A DNA stretch of 64,000 bases from the IMG/VR virus record IMGVR_UViG_3300020414_001760; one strand, given 5' to 3'. Every line of letters begins with the position of its first letter. The first letter of the stretch is position 1. Positions 45,338-56,500 of the stretch are shown piece after piece. The position numbers and the translations under genes are program-made. This stretch comes from an uncultured virus (IMG/VR IMGVR_UViG_3300020414_001760). Taxonomy: Duplodnaviria; Heunggongvirae; Uroviricota; Caudoviricetes. Under the pieces are notes generated by a model. The model was not told the DNA's origin. It saw only the letters and a program-made list of their open reading frames with translations, and made no database searches.

Positions 45338-46798
45338 TTAGGAAGTTTGTTTTCTGGCTGTGATAGTTCCAGCTATTCTAGTTCTTCCTTTAGCGTCTGT
45401 AGGCGCCGCAGGTAAGCCATCTACTACACCATCGTCAAATGGAGTACCGTCTGTGCTTAAATTTAGTCTAGCTAGGTCTGTACCAAAGTAATGTCCGCCC
45501 ATTTCTGGTGGAATCATATGCCCTGTTGCAGGGTGATATGTGTGTTCCATTAACCAACCATCTGCTGGATTGTCTCTGTTATTAGCATCTGTACCATCTG
45601 GAACATTGTCACCTAGTGTAGTTGTTGCGTCCATACCGTTTACAACCGCACCATAACGTCCAGTTTGTCCTGGGAACTGATCGTTTTCGCCCCAAATACC
45701 TGGCATTTTAGCTTTTGGTGATTGTGGAATTCTAACTTTCCAAGGATCAATACGTACTTTCTTTTCTAACTTAAATTTAGCACCTGTTCCTGTAGTAGAA
45801 CTGTCACCTGTTTTAACAATAGTATAAGCTACATCGTTAATAACTTTTGCTTCTTTCATGTGTCGAGCATTAAAGGCGTTACGTGTTCTTACACCTGTAA
45901 TAGCACCGTCTTGTCCAATGCTTGTTACAATAATGTTTACGTCTAATGAACCTTTATCTGTATCAACAGTTGAATCTGGTTTCCATTGCTCACCATCATT
46001 TGGATCTGCTTCAAAATCAAATCCTGGTCTTAGTCCCATTGGTGCTGATAAATCATCTAATGTTCCGATTTGCTCTGCACTATAACCTAATACACTAGCG
46101 TCAACTAATAAGTGATCGCCTACTGAGTAACCTGTTCCACCTGCTGTAATAGTAGGTGTCCAACAAGCACCATAAATTTCTGGTAAGTCTCTTAATTCTT
46201 GTCTAAATTTTGTCCATTCATTTGCTAAACTTTCTGGCATATCATCTGATACGTGTGAGTCTGACCATGAAAGTTGTGACCAACGTACTTTTTTAATTTC
46301 GTCCCAACCTGTGTGTGGCTTAATAAAAGGAAATTTTTCAGGCCATTGTTTTGCAACCGGATCATAAACAATTTCATCTCTATCGTATGTGTGATCTGGT
46401 GTAGGAACTTTAGGCTCAATGTGCTTAAAGTAATTACCATTAATATCTTTTTGTGGTAATATTTCTGTTACGTGTTCTCTACCTTCCAAGAATAATGTGT
46501 CTTGGTGTACTTCCATAAGCTCACATAATAATGGATTTTCTTTACAGTCAACTAGAACCATGTACTCATGTGCTGATGGTACAAAGTCATCTTCAATTTC
46601 GTATGAGTATCTAACTTCTCCTGAACGTTTGTTGTCTGCTTTTCTCATAAACACCCACATTTTTTCTGGGCCTTTATAAGTCCAAGTACCTACTTTACCT
46701 TCATTTGTAGTTTGATACAAATATGCATCAGGCATATCATATGAAAACTGAACTTCAATTTCATTTCTTCTATTTACTGCGTCTAATCCGTTTCCCAT
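45338..46798 (-). CDS. Tail-fibre assembly chaperone-like protein with C-terminal extension
   Basis: RWSQLSWSD...WTKFRQELRDLP motif; the N-terminal half is paralogous to 48409..49104. Confidence 0.65.
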   Translation of the reverse strand: MGNGLDAVNRRNEIEVQFSYDMPDAYLYQTTNEGKVGTWTYKGPEKMWVFMRKADNKRSGEVRYSYEIEDDFVPSAHEYMVLVDCKENPLLCELMEVHQDTLFLEGREHVTEILPQKDINGNYFKHIEPKVPTPDHTYDRDEIVYDPVAKQWPEKFPFIKPHTGWDEIKKVRWSQLSWSDSHVSDDMPESLANEWTKFRQELRDLPEIYGACWTPTITAGGTGYSVGDHLLVDASVLGYSAEQIGTLDDLSAPMGLRPGFDFEADPNDGEQWKPDSTVDTDKGSLDVNIIVTSIGQDGAITGVRTRNAFNARHMKEAKVINDVAYTIVKTGDSSTTGTGAKFKLEKKVRIDPWKVRIPQSPKAKMPGIWGENDQFPGQTGRYGAVVNGMDATTTLGDNVPDGTDANNRDNPADGWLMEHTYHPATGHMIPPEMGGHYFGTDLARLNLSTDGTPFDDGVVDGLPAAPTDAKGRTRIAGTITARKQTS

Positions 46799-46807
46799 AA
46801 TTATATC

Positions 46808-47608
46808 CTAGTAGTATACCACATAAACAGCACCTTCGGCACCTGGTGATCCACAACAACATCCGCCACCGTATGCAGATCCGTGTACTCCACCTCCACC
46901 TGGCCATGATCCAAACTGATCACCTCCACGTGTACAACAACCGTTTGGTCCTATTCTTGGTCCTGATTGTGCCATTGGCGCAACCGGTGTAAATTGTAAT
47001 CCTCTATCTCCACAATGCTGTGATCTTTGTGAAGATCCTGTGTAACTTGCAATACCAAAGTCAACGTTATTAGGTTGAATTTGACAGTTGTAACAGTTCA
47101 TACAGCAACCATAACAACTAAAGTATCCATGACAGTGAGTACAGTTAGAACAGTATCCACCACAAGCTACAGCACAGAAACATGAAGCACCTGTTGGTGT
47201 TCCAAATACAAAACTGTTATGTCCTGCGTAGTTATTACCTGCATATAAACAACATCCTGATCTACCTGCACAAATTGTGAATTGATCACCTGCTGTTACG
47301 TTTGTTGATTTAATAGCATAGCCGCCTGAGTCAGCCGGCATACCTTGCATACAGCAACATCCACCAACTCCTGAAGCGCCACCGCCCCACATTTCAAATA
47401 CTACGAATGAAGTTCCTGAAGGAACTGTCCATCTACAACATTTTCCACCATTGTTGTTACAACAAAATCTTGAACTTGGTGGTACGCCTCTTGCTTGTCT
47501 TGGCCACGCTTCGTTATGGTCATAATTCCAAGCATAACTTACTGTAAATGCTTGAGGAGCCTTAACGCCTGTATCGTAACCAGGTACAAAATCTCTTAAA
47601 CTTGCCAT
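46808..47608 (-). CDS. Cys/Gly-rich fibre-tip-like protein (paralogue 3)
   Basis: WTVPSG...FEMWGGGASG glycine-rich domain, GAEGAVYVVY terminus; 27 Cys in 266 aa (manual count). Confidence 0.65.
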   Translation of the reverse strand: MASLRDFVPGYDTGVKAPQAFTVSYAWNYDHNEAWPRQARGVPPSSRFCCNNNGGKCCRWTVPSGTSFVVFEMWGGGASGVGGCCCMQGMPADSGGYAIKSTNVTAGDQFTICAGRSGCCLYAGNNYAGHNSFVFGTPTGASCFCAVACGGYCSNCTHCHGYFSCYGCCMNCYNCQIQPNNVDFGIASYTGSSQRSQHCGDRGLQFTPVAPMAQSGPRIGPNGCCTRGGDQFGSWPGGGGVHGSAYGGGCCCGSPGAEGAVYVVYY

Positions 47609-47622
47609 TTAATACTCCTCCC

Positions 47623-48393
47623 TTATCCTATGTCGGATTGATAGTAAACAACTACTAATCCGCCTGCTCCCGGTCCACCACAGTAACAAGTACCGTTGTG
47701 AGTGTGTAGTGTACCGCCACCTCCTCCTGGGAAGTCAGCTGGTCCATCACTATCACGACCGTGTGTTTTATAACAATTATCTCTTGACATTCTAGCACTT
47801 TGTCCGCCGTATGGTGCTGATGTCATGTTCTCCCATGATGAACTAGAACACATTGAAGTTCCTGCTCCACCACCGTTGAATCCACAAATACTAAAGTCTG
47901 CTCCTTTTACACAACCACATACGTAGTTAGGACATCCACAATGTCCTCCCCATGCAGTTCCAAATCCGCAAGTAGCACAACCATATCCACCGCCTGATGC
48001 ACATAAACAGAAGTAACTTCCGTCACAACATCCAGTTGCCGAACAAGCATAACTACCACAACCTGGACATCCCATTACTGGACGACAGCAACCTCTTGCT
48101 CCCGCACATAACGTAAACGCCGCACCTGGTGTAACTTCGCCAATTTTTCTTCCATAGGAACCAGATCCTCCAGGGAATCCTGCCATACAACAACAGCCAC
48201 CGCCGCCGTCTCCGCCTGCTCCCCAAACTTCAAAGGCCGCCCATTTTACATCAGTTGATGCTGTCCATAAACAACAGCAACCTGGGTTACTGTTACGTAC
48301 TGTGTCCATGTTTGTATGATAAACATAGATAGTACGTAGCGACAGCGCCGTTTCATTGCCCCCTAGTTGAAGTAAAGATCTTAATGCAGACAT
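47623..48393 (-). CDS. Cys/Gly-rich fibre-tip-like protein (paralogue 2)
   Basis: FEVWGAGGDGGGGCCC, PGGGGG, GAGGLVVVYY; 27 Cys in 256 aa (manual count). Confidence 0.65.
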   Translation of the reverse strand: MSALRSLLQLGGNETALSLRTIYVYHTNMDTVRNSNPGCCCLWTASTDVKWAAFEVWGAGGDGGGGCCCMAGFPGGSGSYGRKIGEVTPGAAFTLCAGARGCCRPVMGCPGCGSYACSATGCCDGSYFCLCASGGGYGCATCGFGTAWGGHCGCPNYVCGCVKGADFSICGFNGGGAGTSMCSSSSWENMTSAPYGGQSARMSRDNCYKTHGRDSDGPADFPGGGGGTLHTHNGTCYCGGPGAGGLVVVYYQSDIG

Positions 48394-48408
48394 TAGTTTA
48401 CTCTCCTA

Positions 48409-49104
48409 TTACCCTATTCCTACGCCATCGTCAGCGGGTGGTTCAGCAAATCCACCAACAACTGGTTCTTCTGGAAACTTAACCATGTGTGCTGGATATT
48501 CATCTGATTCACCTCTTTTCCATGTTACAGGAAGGTCTCTTAATTTTTGTCTAAAGTCGATCCACGGTTGCTTAATAGCATCTGGTGAATCACTAGCAAC
48601 TTTTGAGTCAGTTGCATCTAGACGATCGTTTCTTAATTGAATCATTGTTTCCCAAGTCTGCCACGGTTGTTTCCAAGTTAATGTCCAATCACCTGTTGAT
48701 AAATCATGAGTAGAAAGTGTTCTCTCATATGCGTGATCTGGATATGGTGGCCACGGATTCTGATAGTTTCCATAACCTTCTGGTAACGCAACCGTTACTT
48801 GCTCTTGCTCAAGAGTTACTGTGTGTGGTAAAAATATAGCACACATTAAAGTATCTGCACCTTCACAATCTAATACAACTACACGTTCACCTTCTGGTGC
48901 TGTGTCTGTACTTGGATTGTAATGAAAATCCTCATCAGGTGGTTGTTGAGCTTCTGTATTTTTATTTGTAGCTTCATCTACGAACACATATAATTTATCT
49001 GGTCCTGTATATGTAGCTGTAGCGGTATCTCCGTTCGAGTTTGTCTGAGCCAAATACTCGTCGGGGATATCATATGTAAATGTCTTTGTAATTTCTGTTG
49101 CCAT
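48409..49104 (-). CDS. Tail-fibre assembly chaperone-like protein
   Basis: RNDRLDATD...WIDFRQKLRDLP motif; late motif at 49122-49129. Confidence 0.7.
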   Translation of the reverse strand: MATEITKTFTYDIPDEYLAQTNSNGDTATATYTGPDKLYVFVDEATNKNTEAQQPPDEDFHYNPSTDTAPEGERVVVLDCEGADTLMCAIFLPHTVTLEQEQVTVALPEGYGNYQNPWPPYPDHAYERTLSTHDLSTGDWTLTWKQPWQTWETMIQLRNDRLDATDSKVASDSPDAIKQPWIDFRQKLRDLPVTWKRGESDEYPAHMVKFPEEPVVGGFAEPPADDGVGIG

Positions 49105-49136
49105 TTTATCTTCTTCCTTTGTATTTAGTCATATGT

Positions 49137-49877
49137 TTAACTGTATGATACTTTTACCATTCCTCCAGAACCCCAGTGACCCCAACAGCAACCACCACCG
49201 CATGATGTTCCGTTAAAGCCTCCGTCTCCTGGATAAGGTTGAGCACATCCCCATCCACAACCCGAACACGTCATTGGCTTACCGCAGTAATCCTTACCGT
49301 GTCTAGTCATTCCACCTTTTGGTGGTCCACTTACATAATCCCACATTTGGTTGTGACAATAATGTGTATGTAGTGGTGCGTTTCTAGAGTGTCCTAATCT
49401 AAAGTCACCTTGTGTTCCTCCTGCAATACAAGAACAACCAAAGCAACAGTTGTAGGCATAGTGAGCATGACAGTTTGTTCTTCCTGTACATCCACCTCTA
49501 GCACACGTTGTTGCGATACCTGAACCACTTACGTATGAAGTTGATCCGTCATATCCCAAACAATCTCTTTCGCAACAGTTTCCGTTTCCTGCCGCACAAA
49601 TTGTATATTGGCAACCTGCTGTAGTATTCACTGATCTTATTGAATAAGATCCACCGCCTGCGTTTTGTGAACTCCACATACAGCAACAAGCACCGGCACC
49701 TGCCGCTCCTGCACCCCATAACTCGAAAGTTACGTTTTTAATGTTAGCTGGTACAGTCCATAGACAACAACACCCACCATTATTAATACCTCTATTGTTA
49801 TTATAAACATAGAAATATTTCGTAGGTACTGAAGCACCTTCTACTTGGTCGCCCATTAAAACTCTGAGGTTTGCCAT
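49137..49877 (-). CDS. Cys/Gly-rich fibre-tip-like protein (paralogue 1)
   Basis: CCCLWTVP, FELWGAGAAGAGACCC, GSGGMVKVSY; 26 Cys in 246 aa (manual count). Confidence 0.65.
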   Translation of the reverse strand: MANLRVLMGDQVEGASVPTKYFYVYNNNRGINNGGCCCLWTVPANIKNVTFELWGAGAAGAGACCCMWSSQNAGGGSYSIRSVNTTAGCQYTICAAGNGNCCERDCLGYDGSTSYVSGSGIATTCARGGCTGRTNCHAHYAYNCCFGCSCIAGGTQGDFRLGHSRNAPLHTHYCHNQMWDYVSGPPKGGMTRHGKDYCGKPMTCSGCGWGCAQPYPGDGGFNGTSCGGGCCWGHWGSGGMVKVSYS

Positions 49878-49893
49878 AATTTGTTTTCCTCTC

Positions 49894-50226
49894 TTACGTT
49901 CCTGATATGATCCAACCGTAAGTTGAACCAGTATAAATCATTGTAACCGCAATATTGTTAATGTCTAGCACCAAATCCTCACTTAAATTCTGAATCTTAC
50001 TACCGTTTCTAGCAAGAGTTACGTTGTTTGTATTGAACGAACCCGTTACGTCTACGATTTGAACTACATCATTAACCAGCAAAGAACCGTTTAATGGCAG
50101 AGTGATTGTAAATGCTCCGCCTGATGAGTTAGCAAGAATACGATCATTAACCGTGGCAGTGAAAGTAGTTGATACGTTACGGATAACACTACTTGCAGTT
50201 CCAGTTGTTGATATATATCTTCCCAT
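49894..50226 (-). CDS. Small tail-fibre/baseplate-type beta domain protein
   Basis: SSGGAFTITLP...VQIVDVTGSFNTNNVT...YGW pattern typical of T4-like proximal fibre repeats; late motif at 50244-50251. Confidence 0.6.
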   Translation of the reverse strand: MGRYISTTGTASSVIRNVSTTFTATVNDRILANSSGGAFTITLPLNGSLLVNDVVQIVDVTGSFNTNNVTLARNGSKIQNLSEDLVLDINNIAVTMIYTGSTYGWIISGT

Positions 50227-50250
50227 TTTATCTTCCTTTTATGTATTTAT

Positions 50251-50571
50251 CTATGCTGTTGATGTTTCAATGCCCATCGCTACAGCACTTACGTTAACGG
50301 CACTACTATATACTACAAGTATTTGCCCTGCCGCCATTGCAATACCTGATCTTTCTAATACCCCTTTGGGTAACAGTTCCACATCATATTCGATGAATTC
50401 ACTGTTTACGGGTGTACCCGCACTAGCAACCGCAATTCGAATCGAAACAGCCGCGTTTCCTCTGTTACATATGGAACAAGTAACAATCCCGAAGGTGTTA
50501 GTTGGACAAGTGTAAAGAGAAGTATTCGTAGCCGCCGCCAAATCTGCGTGTCCTAATCTTCCTGTGGCCAT
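50251..50571 (-). CDS. Small putative structural protein
   Basis: 106 aa beta-rich protein with an architecture similar to 62667..62996. Confidence 0.55.
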   Translation of the reverse strand: MATGRLGHADLAAATNTSLYTCPTNTFGIVTCSICNRGNAAVSIRIAVASAGTPVNSEFIEYDVELLPKGVLERSGIAMAAGQILVVYSSAVNVSAVAMGIETSTA

Positions 50572-50584
50572 ATTGTTTCTCCTT

Positions 50585-53500
50585 TTAACTCAATATAAAT
50601 TGTTGCATCGCTACCGGTGATCCACTAATTCCACCAGTAAAGTTCATTGTTGCAGTTATATTTATCGGAACAGCAGTCGTTGTTGTGATTGTGTTTCCGC
50701 TAATATGAACTACCCCAGCTGTAACAGTATTTACGTTCAATTCTGAAGCACCTCCACCAATTTGGGACGTGATATACGTCTTAATTGCTTTTTGTGTAGG
50801 CACAATAGAATCACTATTTGCTGTAAATGTTCCATCTGTACTAAACTCATTAATTGTAGCACCCGTACCACCAAGTGCAACACTACCAAGTTGTAGTTCT
50901 TGTAATCCTGAAATACTAAATGCATCAGCATTTAGAGTAGCAACACCAGTAGCCTGTTCAACGTTGAACAATCCACCAACTCTAAAGTTACCATCTTGGT
51001 CAGTTGACGTAAAGAACACTCTTCCGCCACCGCCTGTAACAGCTTCATCATTTGGATCTGCTGGTATAGTTGGAACTCCAGGATAATTTGTTGTAGTAAA
51101 TCCACCTGTACCAATATCTAGGAAGTCATGTCCTGTTAAACGTACCTGTGAATATCTAATTCTCATTTCAACTTTTACACCATGTGCTGGTGCATTGTCA
51201 ATTTCTTGATCTGGTGAAACTTGTAATAGTGCCGCATATGGTCCTGAACCAGTTAAGTTTGTTACACTAACAAGTTTGAAATATGTATTTGGTCTGTCAG
51301 CAAATACAACGTTTGCACCTGCCTGTGGTATGCTTAACATACCTTCAACCTGTACATATTTTCCAGATTGTTTTGCATCTCTGTAACCAGCACCGTATTT
51401 AATTTTACCACCGGAACTATAAGCTGTACCGTTAGTTAATACTGCTGGGAATAATAAATCTTTATCAATGTAAAGTTGTAAAGTATTTGCATCAACAACT
51501 TTAACATAATAGTTGTTTGCGTTAATTTGTGTTGTACCACCAACTTCAATGATTGAAACTTTTGTTCTTTCTAATAAGTTATGTCCTGTAACAGTAATGT
51601 TTACAACACCTGGTCCTGCTGGGAAACTGTCTGCCGCACCTAAGCCATTGTTAATTACCTGTGTTAATAAATCAAATAATTCTGCAATCTTAGTTTGTGC
51701 CGCCGCTTCACCATTGTTACTGTTTGTAGTTTGTGAAGTAACTGACTGTAAAGAACTGTAAGAAGCATTATCCATTACGTAATCATTAATAATTACTTTA
51801 GTTTGTAATAATGATAATACTGTTTGTGTTTGTTGTCCAAGTACTTGTGATTGTGTTCCAATCCAATATGCCTTAGCCGCTTTTAATGTTTCTCTAGTTC
51901 CACCAAACTTAACATCATGTAACATAGCGTCAATGATTAGTTTAGTATCTCTTTCACATTTTGCTGAATCGTAAATAAATCCACCCCAAGTAGTTGAGTT
52001 TGGCTCTGTAGCAATTTTATTATCAATCCAAGCAACTGTTTCATCTGCAATATATTCTTTGTTTGCAGTTAACAATGTTTCTGCATAAGGATTAGCAGTA
52101 AAGCTAACACCTGTAATATTTTGTTCTGAACCTGTGTCTTCGATTGTTGCACTTAAAGTTGTAAATCCTGTACCTCTTGAAGTAAATGCTGGTTGACCTA
52201 ATACACCATCTCCAATAAATGTTTCCAATGGAGCATCTGCTGTATTGTTTGGATCTGTAAATGTAACTGTTGGTGGAGTTGTATAAGAACTACCTGGATG
52301 GATAATTCTAACTTCACTAATTTTTCCGTCAGCAACTTTGGCTCTACATAATGCAGTCGCTACTGCTGTTGATCCATCGTTACCTGGAGCACTTACGTTA
52401 ACTCTAGGTTCAACACTATAAACAGTTGTGTTGTCCAAAGCGGCTTCAATAGCTCTACCACTTATAATTTGATCCCAACCATCACTGTTGTCTGAATATT
52501 TTTTAATTGTAGCAACTTTTGTACCTGCGTTGTATGTGTTAATGTAACCATACTGTCCAGCACCTTTACCACCTGTTAAGAATACTGCCATTCCAACATA
52601 CGCCGCACTTAACGCCACATCAGTGTTGGATAAAGTAATCTGTGTATTTGTACCAGCCTGTGGAGTGTTAGTTGCAGTTTTGTAATCAGCACCACCAAAT
52701 GTTGTACTGTCACCTGTCATTCTAACTTCCATCAAACCGCCTGTAACAGTTGTTGGAGTTAATCCTGTAACACCATAACCATCACCACTTAAACTAATTA
52801 CCGTACTTGATACGTTATAGTCTCTTCCTGCATTTTGATATTCTAATGCAATAATATTATTGTTATCTGTTATAGTTGCACCTACAAGTGCATCAAATGA
52901 TCTGTTGTCAACAAATGCTTCAATTGGACTTTCAGTTAAGTCAACACCTTCTGCAACTGTACCAAAGTCACCATATGAACTGTTACCGTTTGTTGCTCTA
53001 ATTTTTCCGCCGTTTTCTGCAAGGTATCCAATGTGTCCGTAGTATGAGAACACGGAAACAAGCTCTGCTCTACCTAAGTTTGTAACCCAAGCACCAATAC
53101 CTTGATCTAAAATCTGTGTAAAGTCGTTAGCAACGATCGAATCGTTACCACCTGCGTGTATGTCACCATCGACTTTCATTCCAATACATTTTGTACCAAA
53201 CGTTGTAACGTTTTGTACGTATGGAGATCTTGTAGTAATCCAAGCTCTTGTATCTGCTGGTCCCCAACTTGGGTTAAGTGAAACAAAAGCACCTGCTGTT
53301 GGACGTTTAGTTCCGTATGAGTTAGCTGAACCTAATGTACCGCTTAATCCTTTTACAGTACAGTTTCTTAAACCAGTACCATTTTCCATGTAGAACATAT
53401 CTTCTAATGTAGATCCGCCGATAGCATTTACTAGGTATCTTGCCGCTAACACTGAATTATAGTTTCCGTAATCTCTTACGTCATCCATTATTGCTAGAAT

Positions 53501-56500
53501 GTAACGTTTTAAATCATCTTTACATTTTGCATCATGTGTAGAACCATAAGTTGCTTCTTTTTCCATGTATGCTTTTGTATTGTTTGCTTTAATGTATTCT
53601 TGACCTTCTTCAATGATGTAATCTAAGTTAGCATACAATCTACCTCTTGCATAAACATCACCTGCTCTTGCGTTAGTTGTAGTTTGTCCTGTAACATCTG
53701 GTGCTGTTCCGTTACCGTTTACACCATGATCAATTTTTTCATTGATGTCATCTAATAATCCGTTGATTGTAGTTACCGCAGTTGCGTCACCATGTGGTAA
53801 AGCTGTGTTTTGTGTTTGTGTATTACCTGCGGCAATTTCAGCAACATCAAATGTAAAGTTAGCCGCACCACCGCCACCTAATGCACTATCTTGAATAGTT
53901 ATTGTGTCATTAACTTGGTGTCCTGATCCGCCTGTTACTATTTCTACATTTGAAACATTACCAGTTGAAGCATCAACAGTTACGTTAAATGTTCCTACTG
54001 TACCTGATCCTGCACTTGCTCCAGCAACACCATTGTATGTACCTGCTGTTCTACTTGCATCAGCGGCACCAAAACTATCAACTTTAACCATTGCACCTGC
54101 TGGTGTTTTTGTAATTGAGTTACCTAAAATTAAGTCACTCATAACAGCTTTAATTCTTGTAATAGCCGCCATTGTAAGTGTAGCATCGTTAGTTTGTGTA
54201 ATACCTGTTGGATAAACAGTAATTTCAGTTGAACGTAGTTCGTCACCAACAACTGCTGTATCTGCCGGTACAATTAATGGACATACTTCTTTAAATTGTC
54301 CTGTTTTAGCAAACAATGTTACGTTAGGTTTAACTTTTGGATTCAATCCTGTTAAGTTTCCTGCTGTAATAACTTCTGTAATAGTAGCAAGTAAGGCCGC
54401 AACTATTGTTGTAATTCCTGACTCAGGTGTTACACCTGCTGGAGTATATTGTAATACTCTTGAGTTTACAGCAATACCGTTTAATGCTTGATAGTTAGTT
54501 GTAACAGTTAAATTCTGTACAATATTCTGCATCATTGTATTTGCGTAATTAATAACTTCTACTGTGTTTGCTTCTTGTCCTGAAACATAACTTGCACCTG
54601 CTGGACTAAAGTATGACTGAGCCATCTCTCTTGAACGCTCATTACCACCATGTCTTAAATCATGAATGACTGCATCAGTGATTAATCCAATATCTCTTTG
54701 ACATTTTGCATTGTCAAAACTAAAGCCGTTCCAAATACCACTACCGCCTGCGTTTGCAATTTGGTAAGCTGGATATTCTTTTCCTGCTTCAACTTGAATA
54801 AAGTGTTTGTTACGTGTTAAAATATCTGCAACTTTTGGATTTCTTGGTCCACGTCTAATTTCTAGTAAACTATGTCTTAATGTTTTCCAAGGTTTGTCAA
54901 TAGTAACACCATATCCTGGTGCCGCTTCGTCTTTACCTGCTGGACTTACATAGTAAACTTGATCTACTTGTCCAAAATATGACCATTCAGGAGCATTACC
55001 GGCATCATTTACTTTTAATACCTGTCCTGCAATACCTATTGGTAATCTAGTTGGTCCTGATCCACCGTAGTACAATAAGTCACCAGCAGTTGTTAAGTTG
55101 CCTGACTCAGCACCACCTGAAATTAATTTCCATTCACTACCGTCAACATCTTGATCTGGTCTGTTCTGTGCAGAAACTTGATCTGATGTGTGTGCAGTTA
55201 CACAAATATAAGAGTTAACATTGTTAATACCTCTAACAGCATCACCTACGTCATAGTAAGTTGCGTTAGTCCAAGTATCTCTCCAGTTAATACCTTCGTT
55301 AAGTTTTTCCCAGTAAGTTGTGTTTGGTGGTCTGTTACCTGTTGTATCTGCAATAGCAAGATATGTGTAACCTCCAACTCTTACAACATCACCTGTTCTG
55401 TATGCTGTGTTGAAAGATAACGCAACATCGTTACTTAAACTTTGTGCTGAACTTAATACTAAATTATTTTGATCTGTAACTGTTGTTACTGTAACTGTTC
55501 CTGAAATACCTGTTCCAGTTACAACCATGCCTTGAACAATAGTTCCAACATTGCCATCAACTACTAATGCAGTTGTGCTTGAAGTTGCACCATTAACTGC
55601 CGCTGTTGCAGTTGCATAGTCACCTTTTAAACTAAATCCTGTTGTAAATAAATCCCAAGTTGCCGCGTTACCATATGGAACAACGTTACTGTGATTTGTT
55701 TTTGCAATATAAGAATAACCACCATATGTTACAAAGTCACCTGCTTGGTAAGTTGTTGCACTTGACCAAGAGTCTTCAAACTCTAATCCTGGAACAAATT
55801 GTGACCAGTTAGTTGTTTGTGTTATTGTTGCAACATTGAAAGTTAAAGAAGCACCTGTGCCTCCAATAAATCCGTTTGTTACTGTAATTACATCTGACGC
55901 AGAGTGACCTGAACCACCGAACGTTACTTCAACAGTCGCCGCTCCAGTGTTGTCAATTGTAATATTAAATCTTTGTCCTGTACCTGATCCACCACTTGAA
56001 CCTTGTACGTCTTTGTAAGTTCCTGCTGTTCTTGTTGCATCTGCGGCACTGATTGAATCTACTGTAGCAATGACTCCAGTTACTGCATTGTCACTTGCTA
56101 AATCTGTTCCACCGGAAGTGTGATGTCTTGTTGCAATCCATAGACCGCCACCATACTTAACAACGTCATTAACTTTATATCTTGTTGCTGTTGCGTGTAC
56201 TGATTTGTATTCAATACCTTTGTGTGCATAATCCCATTTCTTTTGGTCAGCTTCAAGACCTTCTGCGGCCGTTGCCGCTGATAAGTGACCTTCGTTACAA
56301 ATGTAAAGTTGTCCACCGTAACGTACTGTGTCGTTAACTCTGTATTTTGTTGACGCTGTCCAATCTGTTTTCCAGTCAATACCTTTTGAAAATACGTCCC
56401 ACTTGGATTGATCTGCTTCTAATCCATCTGCGTCTGCGGCAAAAGTTCCGCTTGAAGTATGTGCAGTTGTACAAAGGTAAACTGTTCCACCATACTTAAC

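Noticed and set aside
46808..49877. Diversity-generating retroelement acting on the fibre-tip paralogues
   Set aside because: No reverse transcriptase in the window, and I saw no near-identical template/variable repeat pair; the paralogues are diverged throughout.
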